Positions 1 to 7,978 of a DNA stretch of 8,989 nucleotides are shown in pieces. The stretch is taken from the NCBI RefSeq assembly GCF_006345805.1, contig NW_021828105.1:1-8989 (forward strand), given 5' to 3'. The stretch's first letter is position 1. Each line of letters opens with the position of its first letter. A program made the translations under genes and the position numbers. This DNA comes from Octopus sinensis (lineage: Eukaryota). Below the pieces are notes generated by a model that did no database searches, was not told the DNA's origin, and saw nothing but the letters and a program-made list of their open reading frames with translations.

Positions 1-114
1 CCATACGCTGATTTCATAAACAGAAAAAGGTGTAAATTATAAATAATAAGGGAGAATTGTTAGCAATTTTTCAACCGAAAGGCAAAAATATATACGTCAC
101 TAAATTTTTGCATA

Positions 115-178
115 TGTGCGTGCGTGTGTGTGTGTGTGCGTGTTCATGTTTGTGTGTGTGTGTGTGAGAGAGAGAGTG
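115..178. repeat. Compound (TG)n/(AG)n microsatellite
   Basis: Interrupted tgtg runs followed by gagagagaga, read directly. Confidence 0.9.
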
Positions 179-242
179 CACGTGCGTGAAGTGTTCAAAT
201 TTGCCTCACTGAGGCAATTATATATGTAGTGGACATCAGTCC

Positions 243-593
243 GTGAAGGAGGAATGGCCCATTATTTAAGGCAGTGGACTCGCGTCCGTAGGATCACGGT
301 TTCGATTCCCAGACCAGGCGTTGTGATTGTTTATTGAACGAAAAAACCTAAAATTATTTCCCCACAACTTACTCTCACTCTTTCTTCTGTTCCTGCTGTA
401 CCTGTATTTCAAAGGGCCAGCTTTGTAACACTGTGTGTTACGCTGAATCTCCCCGAGAGCTACGTTAATGGTACACGTGTGACTGTGGAGTACCCAGCCA
501 CTTGCACGTCAATTTCACAATAAAGCTGTTCTGATAATCGAATCAACTGGAACCCTCGTCGTCGCAACCGACGGAGTGCCACGACAATGACGA
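243..593 (+). mobile_element. tRNA-derived SINE with 11-bp target-site duplication
   Basis: Degenerate A-box (tggcccattatttaagg) and B-box (ggtttcgattccc, ~298-310). 3' end cctcgtcgtcgcaaccgacggagtgcc plus short acgacaatgacga tail. Exact flanking repeat gacatcagtcc at 232-242 and 594-604. Body matches an octopus SINE as I recall it (not database-checked). Confidence 0.85.
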
Positions 594-719
594 GACATCA
601 GTCCAAGAATCCCAGACATCTCGTACAATTTCCACGTTGTAATTTATCGGAATTTCTACAGCAAACAATTTCCGAAAATCTTTTGGCAAATTTAAACTTT
701 TCTCGACGATTATTGATTT

Positions 720-1340
720 CGTAATTCTGTTGTTCCTTTTTTTCTTTTTCCCGAAAAAAAAAATCGCACTGTTGCATAATATTTTTCTTTGTGTAAAATT
801 TTATATTTTGTGTTTCGTTTTAGTTTGTTTACCTTGATTTTTGTACTTGTAAAATACTTTGATGTTCTTTTTTCTTTTTGCATCTGCACCTTTTTTATGC
901 TTTCTTTCCTGCTGCGGTTGTTTCAACGCGTGCTTTTCTTGTTATTTGTTTTAACCTTTCAATCGATACACATCTTTTCTGCTTATTATTTATGTTCTTA
1001 TTTCTGCATACCTCGTCGCCATTTTGTTGATATAGCTGTAGTTGTTACAACTTGATATGTTCTTTCTAGATTTCGATATTTCCAGCTTTGCATTGCTGTC
1101 TTTGTTGTTGTTGATATTGATGTTATTTATGCTATTGTATAGCATTTAGCTGGTTTGTTTTGCAACGTGTCGTCCATTTGATGGTTTTTGTTCTTGAAGT
1201 TTTTTTGTTCTTAGTTGTTGTTATTACTTATTGTTGCTTCTGCTGATGTACTGCTGCTGCGTTTCGTTGTATACTTGCTTTTATTTCTAATGTTTGGATG
1301 TTCTTAGATATAAATTTGTTTCCCCAAATTATATATTGCT
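720..1340. repeat. Low-complexity T-rich region, decayed (GTT)n/(AAC)n-like
   Basis: Strong T/G strand skew with residual ttgttgttg and ctgctgctg runs. Confidence 0.6.
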
Positions 1341-1356
1341 GTTTATATTTCGCCCG

Positions 1357-1455
1357 GGATGGTTGCGTGGCTAAGAATCGTGCCTTGCAACCATATGGCT
1401 TCTCATGCTGTTACACACTGCAGTATCTTGGGCAAGTATCTTTTATAAAATTCCA
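1357..1455 (+). mobile_element. Old degenerate SINE, 5' part (tRNA head plus CORE-like tcttgggcaagtatctt segment)
   Basis: ggatggttgcgtggctaagaa head and ttgggcaagtatctt motif resemble a common octopus SINE (from memory). Appears to resume at ~1701-1760. Confidence 0.5.
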
Positions 1456-1469
1456 ATGGATAAGATAAA

Positions 1470-1695
1470 AATCCTTCCCAAGTCATATAGACTCAGAAGA
1501 CATGTTTCTCAGTTTCCGTGTAACTTATATTCCCCGCGCGCCTCCGTCAAAGGATTTCTGATTTTTTTCCAGCTGAGTTGAGAGGAGCAGCCTGATGTTA
1601 AATGTTTTGCTCATAACCACAACGCGTCGTTTGCTCCAGGAATCGAAACCACAACCTTACAATCATGAATCACAAAATCCTACCCACTTCCACAC
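1470..1695 (-). mobile_element. Degenerate tRNA-derived SINE, minus strand
   Basis: Reverse complement gives B-box ggtttcgattcc (1638-1650), the same as the 243-593 element, then gacgcgttgtggttatgagcaaaacattt (CORE-like) and tcaactcagctgg. Left boundary approximate. Confidence 0.7.
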
Positions 1696-1700
1696 ACACT

Positions 1701-1760
1701 GGACTGAATAATGACTTGCGAGTGAACATTTTAGGCGGAAACTATGTGGAATCCCGTTAA
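1701..1760 (+). mobile_element. Continuation fragment of the 1357-1455 SINE
   Basis: aaactatgtggaatccc (1739-1755) matches aaactttgtggaagccc (6981-6997) of the related copy at 15/17. Confidence 0.45.
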
Positions 1761-1812
1761 GGATTTCAGTCATTATGTTCAGGGTATTTTGCTTGATGTT
1801 GATTCCACAGAT

Positions 1813-2229
1813 ATATTTATTATTTAAATAATATTTTGCTACTTTAGGCACATGACCAAAATTGTTGGGGAGGGGGCGGTCGATTAGATCACCCCCAGTA
1901 CGCAACTGGTGCTTAATTTATCGACCCTAAAAGGATTAAAAGCAAAGTCAACCTCGGTGGAATTTGAACTCAGAACGCAAATAGAGACAAAATACCCATT
2001 TCTTTACTACCCACAAGGGACTAAACACAGAGGGGACAAACAAGGACAGACAAACGGATTAAATCGATTATATCGACACCAGTGTGTAACTGGTACTTAA
2101 TTTTATAGACCCCGAAAGGATGAAAGGCAAATTCGACCTCAGCGGAATTTGAACTCAGAATGTAACGGCAGACGAAATACCGCAAAGCATTTTGCCCGGC
2201 GTGATAACGTATCTGCCAGCTCGCTACCT
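1813..2229 (-). mobile_element. Full-length dimeric tRNA-derived SINE (copy A) with 10-bp target-site duplication
   Basis: Reverse complement: ggtagcgagctggcaga head, two modules each with B-box gagttcaaattcc and a gaggt(c/t)ga..ttgc..tt.atcctt..ggggtc core, ccccctcccc tail and AT-rich terminus. Exact flanking repeat ttccacagat at 1803-1812 and 2230-2239. Aligns to copies B, C and D in this window. Confidence 0.93.
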
Positions 2230-2571
2230 TTCCACAGATTATTTTGGCGGCGTTAATCTTATTGAGATGCTTTTTAGTGAGCCATGTACTCTGTCCGGAG
2301 AGAATTCTGTTTGTGTTGTGCTTTTGAATGGAAATACCGTGCATAGGATGTAGATAATATTTAACTATTATCTGGAGTGTGTTTAACATTGCCATTGCTA
2401 CAATAGATTGTTTTTTTGCGTTCATATGTTTATCATATCACCTATTGTGAATAGTGCTTTTATTTGTTTCTCTCCAATTCCTGTTTATTCCCAATTGAAG
2501 ATTGTTTTAATTTGTTTTAATTTTAATTTGGCTCTTTCACTACATTCTCTCAGCAATATTCTCATCAGAAT

Positions 2572-3153
2572 AAGGCGGTGAGCTGGCAGAAACGTTAGTA
2601 CGCCGGACGAAATGTTTAGCCGTATTTCATCTGTCTTTTACGTTCTGAGTTCAAATTCCGCCGAGGTCGACTTTGCATTTCATCATTTCGGGCTCGATTA
2701 AATAAGTACCAGTTACGCACTGGAGTCGATATAATCGACTTAAACCGTCTGTCTGTCCTTGCTTGTTTCCTCTGTGTTTGGTCCCTTGTGGGTAGTAGAG
2801 AAATAGGTATTTCGTCTACCGTTACGTTCTGAGTTCAAATTCCGCCGAGGTTGACTTTGCCTGTCTTCCTTTCGGGGTCGATAAATTAAGCACCTATTAC
2901 TCACTTGGTCGATGTAATCGACTTAATTTTTCTGTCCTTGTTTGTTCCCTCTGTGTGTAGCCCCTTGTGGGCAGTAAAGAACTAAGAAACGTTAGCACAC
3001 GAGGCGAAATGCTTAGCGGTATTTCATCTGTCTTTACATCCCGAATCCAAATTCTGCCGAGGTCGACTTTGCCTTTCATCCTTCCGGGGTCAATAAATTA
3101 AATACCAGTTGCGTACTGAGGTCGATCTAATCGACTGGTTCCCCTCCCCAAAC
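2572..3153 (+). mobile_element. Same SINE family, three-module copy (copy B), tail truncated
   Basis: aaggcggtgagctggcagaaacgttag head. B-boxes at 2647-2659, 2831-2843 and degenerate 3043-3055. Three core modules, ending at cccctccccaaac. No TSD found. Confidence 0.93.
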
Positions 3154-3985
3154 TTAACACCACTTATAATATATTGCGCAAAGAAAAAAATATGCAACAG
3201 CTCGATATCTTTTTCTTTTTTTTTTTTGTTCAGGAAATAGAAATAAGGAATAACAGAATTACGGAATCAAGAATTGTTGAGAAAAGTTTGTCCCTAGTGA
3301 AGAAAAGAATATTTTCCTCAGAATAGATTGAGAGATGGATCACATTTCATATACAGGCAGTTTGCATCGAGCAAATTTTCTGGGTACACAATGTGAATTT
3401 TATACCATTCCCTCGAAATTGTGGGCTTGAACCTTAAACCGGATCGAACTCTCAAGCAGAGGAAATGTCGTATTCTCGGATTTTTATACACTACAGAATT
3501 CAGATAACCGGCCTGATGCATCCGAGAGCTCGAGACAAAACTATATACATGCAGAGACAACATATAATAGGGGCGTTGTGCGTGTGTGTATATGTGTGTG
3601 TATATGATCTCGCGAGCGTGTGTATAGCGATAATGTATATTTATAACGACACACGTCAAACATTATCTGCAGCTATACGTAATAAGAAACTCTCAAATTC
3701 TCAGCTGCCATAAATCAATTCCACATTGGATAATTCCTGGCTTCTGACGAACACAGAAAATGTCATAAAATCCTCGCAGTAAAAAAACAAAAGCCATAAC
3801 AATGATGGCAGTCCTACAAATAAGTGTTTAATAAAAGATCTGCCACACGTCGCCTGGAATACAGACTAATCAGAAATAAAGATCAATAAAATTCGTCGAC
3901 GATAATAACCATTAACAAGACTAAAGCCAACTCCTGCAAAATAAACTGTGTGTAGACACATACACAGGATATAAAAAAAAACAGG

Positions 3986-4047
3986 ATATATATATATATA
4001 TTTATATAATATATATATATAATTATGTATCTATATATATATATATG

Positions 4048-4102
<55 letters not shown>
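3986..4102. repeat. (TA)n microsatellite, interrupted at the 5' side
   Basis: Long pure tata run ~4053-4102 preceded by interrupted runs. Confidence 0.97.
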
Positions 4103-4104
<2 letters not shown>

Positions 4105-4189
4105 TTTATTATACATTGCAGTCACTGTATGCAAACAAATTATGTTCAAAGAGAAATTATCAGAAAATATGTATACAAATTGTGTAATC

Positions 4190-4276
4190 TATCTGCCTGT
4201 CTGTTTACCTGTCTGTCTTTTTGTCTGTATGTATATATTATGTCTGTATGTCGGTCCGGCTGCCTGTCTTTCTGTC
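4190..4276. repeat. Degenerate (TCTG)n tract
   Basis: Recurrent tgtc/tctg units. Confidence 0.6.
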
Positions 4277-4277
4277 A

Positions 4278-4342
<65 letters not shown>
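4278..4342. repeat. Perfect (ATCT)n/(GATA)n tetranucleotide microsatellite, ~16 units
   Basis: Uninterrupted atct units. Confidence 0.97.
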
Positions 4343-4479
4343 GTGTATATGGGTGTGTTGACGCGCTTATATGGTTGGCGTGAATGTGTGTTGATGCGAG
4401 CATGAGCATCTGTGCATGGGCACCTCCGCGCACGCCCCCTGATATATATGCATGAATGGACATGCTCCTGGGCACACAC

Positions 4480-4600
4480 ATATATATTTGCGCTTGCGCA
4501 CACACAGACACACATACATTCAGCTACACACACAAACACACATATCCACACATGCAAATCATTCATATGAACACGCATGCGCACGCTCCCACTACATATA

Positions 4601-4675
<75 letters not shown>

Positions 4676-4793
4676 ATATATGTGGTGGGGGCGTGTGCAT
4701 GCGTGTTCATATGAATTATCTGCATGTGTGGATGTGTGTTTGTGTGTGTAGCTGAATGCATGTGTGTGTGTGTGCGCAAGCTCAAATATATAT
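4480..4793. repeat. Long inverted repeat: arms 4480-4606 and 4671-4793 around (TA)13(TG)19
   Basis: Manual alignment of the left arm with the reverse complement of the right arm gives about 7 substitutions and two 2-bp indels. The peptide HMQIIHMNTHAHAPTTYMY appears on both strands in the ORF track. Confidence 0.95.
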
Positions 4794-4931
4794 ATACATG
4801 AACGTACATGCGCGTGTGCACAAACATCGACAGGCACAAACAATCATGCATGCATATGCACGCACACACACACATACACACACATCTACTTATGCGTGTT
4901 CATTCATACGTACGATGCAAGCATGCATATT

Positions 4932-5670
4932 ATTGTCGCAGACAAAACAAAGGATTTTTACGAAGCGAAGACTTCCACATACTCAGGACTTCTTAGAATA
5001 GCCATCATCAAAACATACAATTCCACATGAAATGATTCCATTTACAATGACCCATAATTCCACCTACAATGAGATGAACACAGAAGCAAAGGAGCTAGCC
5101 ATCTGCCATAATATAGAATATCACGGGGACTGCTTCATCATGTGACCTTCCACATTACACTTAAGGACCATAAGCCCAACTTCCTCTTCAATCCCAAATG
5201 CAGGCTGATCAACCCTGAGATAGGTATCATTAGCAAACATATTCTCGATGCTATCAACTCCGTCCGATATCAGAAGAGCTACGGGGTTGACTCAATGGAA
5301 CTCCAGCGAAACCGTGATGGACGGGTTCTGCAGTATCGAGAATAACTGAGTCTGCAAATTCCCCCAATTCGACATTATCGACTTTTACCCTTCCATATCT
5401 AAGCCCTTCCTTCTGAAAGGCCTAACGTTTGCTGAGGAAAACATTTGCGTTAGGGATCTTGATATCAGGATTATCATGAATGCCAAAAAGTCAGTTCTGG
5501 TCCACGACAATTCCTTACAGGTGATCCAGTGTTTAACATCCCTATGGGGATTCGTGATGGGGCTGAAATTGCCGACTTTGTAGGGTTATACATCTTAGGT
5601 AGTCTAAAGAGACGTACGTATCCGTATAGGTCGACCCTGTATAGGCACGACGGCATGGCTACCTCAAACA
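4932..5670 (+). mobile_element. Decayed Penelope-like element (PLE) reverse transcriptase fragment, pseudogenised
   Basis: Collinear RT motifs across frames: IVADKTKDFY..LLRIAIIKTY (from 4932); NEMNTEAKELA (5068-5100); [35 protein letters not shown] (ORF 5142); [37 protein letters not shown] (5269-5400); KGLTFAEE..DIRIIMNAKKS; FNIPMGIRDGAEIADFVGLYIL (from 5532); LYRHDGMA (YRHDG at 5640-5654, catalytic YxDD mutated). At least four frameshifts and in-frame stops. Confidence 0.88.
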
Positions 5671-5671
5671 A

Positions 5672-6068
5672 TAGGCACAAGGCTCGAAATTTTGTTTGAT
5701 GGTGGTGGGGGGGGGCAGCTGATTACATTGACCCCAGTACGCAACTGTTGCTTAATTTATCGACCCCGAAAGGATGAAACACAATGTCAACCTCGGTGGA
5801 ATTTGAACTCAGAACGTAAAGACAGACGAAATACAAATTTATTTACTACCCACAATTGGCTAAACACAGAGGGAACAAACAAGGACAGACAAACGGATTA
5901 AGTCGATTATATCGACCCTAGTGTCTAACTGGTACTTATTTAATCGACCCCGAAAGGATGAAAGGCAAAGTCGACCTCGGCGGAATTTGAACTCAGAACG
6001 TGGCAGCAGACGAAATACCGCTGAACATTTCGCCCGGCGTGTTAACGTTTCTGCCAGCTCGCCGCCTT
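5672..6068 (-). mobile_element. Dimeric tRNA-derived SINE (copy C), abutting the 3' end of the RT fossil
   Basis: Reverse complement: aaggcggcgagctggcagaaacgttaac head, two B-box/core modules and tail caaaatttcgagccttgtgcct. Collinear with copy A. Confidence 0.93.
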
Positions 6069-6192
6069 GAAAAAATATAAATAAATATTAATATTAAATA
6101 TATTCTGTATCTTACACACACATAAACACACACACAAACGTACACTACAACACATGCATGCACACATGTATATATAGATATAGGTATATAGC

Positions 6193-6311
6193 GGTCGACG
6201 TTCATCCTTTCGAGGTCGATAAATTAAGAACCGGTTACGTAATGGGTTCGATCTAATCGACTGGACCCCGCCCCTAAAATATCGGGCTTTGGGCCAAGAG
6301 AGACAAAGAAT
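6193..6311 (+). mobile_element. 5'-truncated 3' module of the same SINE (copy D)
   Basis: ggtcgac..ttcatcctttcgaggtcgataaattaag..ttcgatctaatcgactggaccccgcccctaaaatatcgggctttgggcc matches the terminal module and tail of copies A-C. Confidence 0.88.
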
Positions 6312-6545
6312 ACATACACACACACACGCACACACACACAGACACAGACACAGACACAGATACAGACACACACACATATGTAGTGTGTGTGTGTGTTTGT
6401 GTGTGTAAATATATGTATATAAATATATCTATGTACACATCTGTATATAAATATAAAAATGTTATATTCATAAATATACATAAAAATATATATTAAATAA
6501 ATTTCATATCTCATATCCTATATCTCATACATTATATATTATGTA
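6312..6545. repeat. Compound (CA)n/(CAGACA)n/(TG)n/AT-rich simple repeats
   Basis: cacacaca, cagacacagacacagaca, gtgtgtgt and tatata runs read directly. Confidence 0.85.
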
Positions 6546-6845
6546 TGTAAAACAGTCAATGATATAACGTAACGTAAGCATGCTGCAATAGTCATTACCC
6601 AATAAAACAGTAACGCCTCACAAAAATCAACAACTTACACAAATCATTAGATCATTGGCAATTTACTACCAATAATTCGAATAAGCCGCACTGTAGTTCT
6701 TTACGGAGACATCATCCTAGACTGTTACGCATTCTGCAATTCACACAACATACACAAAACGCAATCAGTAGACATGAAAATTGCGCTTCGTTTATAAGAC
6801 TATGTTCTGTGCAAAAAAGAAAATAGGACGAGGATAACCGCATAA

Positions 6846-7175
6846 TTTCGTGGGTGTTTAAGAAGCACTATTTTCTACCAAGTCGCCTCGGTTTCAAGCC
6901 CGCTACACAACACATTCCTCGAAAATCTTCTGCTATAATCCGTGGTCGAGAAATACTGGATGAATGAATTTGGATGGAGAAAACTTTGTGGAAGCCCAGC
7001 TTCCCTTTCTCTCTGTCTCATTCTCTCACTGACACTGTGTCTCTGTTGGGTGTTCTTAACTTGCGTGTACTGGGTGACATCACCGGTGCTGGTTCCACGT
7101 GTAAAGCATCCAGTACACTCTGTTAAATGGTTGGCAGTAGGAAGGCTCCCCTCAGCTCTAGAAACTTCTTCAGGA
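6846..7175 (+). mobile_element. Highly degenerate tRNA-derived SINE-like repeat
   Basis: Weak head (gtgggtgtttaagaag..ggtttcaagcccg), gaatttgg..aaactttgtggaagccc body, and cagtacactctgttaaatggttggcagtaggaagg..ctagaaac 3' segment typical of octopus repeats (from memory). Boundaries approximate. Confidence 0.5.
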
Positions 7176-7329
7176 TAGAATAAGTCGCGGAATCTTAGAT
7201 TTTTTCGAGCCCAAATGTTTTTCATATGCTATTATTTATAGTTCTATGTCTATGCTTCGAGATGTTCCCCCGCCCCCCAAACAAAAAGAAACCGAAAGAA
7301 TACACTCGCACATACGTATGTGTGCATGC

Positions 7330-7545
7330 TTCTCCGTATGTTTGTGTGTTCCAACGCACTGCTTGACAACCGATGCTGGTTTGTTGCGTCCTCGCAAAAT
7401 AACTATTCTGCAAGAGAGTCCGATGCAACAACCACCAGACTTTTAAAACAATACGCATTAGGATCGATTTGTTCGACTAAAATATTCTGACGCGATGCCC
7501 CAGCATGGTCTTCGTCCAATCATTGAAATACGTAAAACAAAATAG
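7330..7545 (+). mobile_element. Degenerate SINE 3' half
   Basis: gcttgacaaccgatgctggt..cgtcc, gatcgatttgttcgactaa and ccagcatgg motifs followed by an A-rich tail. Resembles a common octopus SINE 3' region (from memory). Confidence 0.6.
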
Positions 7546-7978
7546 GATATATGAAAATAGTATGACAAGAAGGAAAAAGGAAAAATATCCCAAAACACAC
7601 AAAAGCAAATTCGAAACGAGATAAATAAGGACAAAATAGATGCAGCTTATAAGCACTTTACAACCACAAGATCTCAGTTCTAGCTGTCGACCAACGCCCA
7701 AGCTGCAGCAGGGACTTCCGTGCCCCTTCAACCCCGAATCAAGTAACGTAATGCCACAAGTCACATCCCTGCAACAAGTTTGTGCAGCTGGTGGTAAAAT
7801 AGGTTTCGAGGGAAGCTATCGATAATATAAAGCGACGAAGGTAATGTGTGCTAGTTTTGCCACCTGGCGGTTATTATCTGATGTTGAATATAACGCTGAT
7901 GTGAAGACATAGAACGAGGTTCGCGTTGATGCGATGCATATTTCATGGATTATGTGGATTACATTTGAATGCATCCAT

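Noticed and set aside
201-217. Palindrome ttgcctca-c-tgaggcaa; similar 8-bp stem at 2352-2373
   Set aside because: Short isolated stems are expected by chance in 9 kb and have no supporting context.
243-320. tRNA gene
   Set aside because: A- and B-boxes are present, but I cannot build a cloverleaf or acceptor stem, and the sequence continues into a SINE body with a TSD.
789-1055. Hydrophobic 88-aa ORF resembling a membrane protein
   Set aside because: F/L/V richness follows from the T-rich low-complexity DNA. GTG start and no recognisable motif.
1909-3079. ORFs 1909-2100, 2021-2425 and 2897-3079, plus the similar 5692-5901 and 5993-6205
   Set aside because: Read-throughs of SINE copies. 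Shared peptides such as NLNSE and LIYRPRKDE reflect the repeat, not a gene family.
2572-3153. CRISPR-like or regularly spaced repeat array
   Set aside because: The repeating units are ~180-210 bp SINE modules with homologous, not unique, spacers. The context is eukaryotic and there are no cas genes.
3744-3759. Hammerhead ribozyme-like core ctgacga..gaaa (PLEs often carry hammerheads)
   Set aside because: Only acaca lies between the boxes, with no stem II G-C pair and no stem I/III pairing, and it is over 1 kb from the PLE fragment.
3883-5030. Cluster of ORFs rich in YI/HT/CV/SIYL repeats
   Set aside because: Translations of (TA)n, (CA)n and (TATC)n microsatellites and of the inverted repeat. 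Only the last ~32 codons of ORF 4764-5030 are real, and they belong to the RT fossil.
5347-5349. In-frame TGA in the RT as selenocysteine (as in some Naiad PLEs)
   Set aside because: The copy also has frameshifts and a mutated catalytic Asp, and I see no SECIS. Ordinary decay is sufficient.
6112-6410. Possible inverted repeat of CA/TG tracts around SINE copy D
   Set aside because: Similarity is confined to simple dinucleotide sequence, unlike the complex arms at 4480-4793.
7477-7825. ORFs 7477-7764 (-) and 7640-7825 (+)
   Set aside because: Short, no recognisable domain, partly overlapping a SINE tail and A-rich sequence, and no convincing splice pair.
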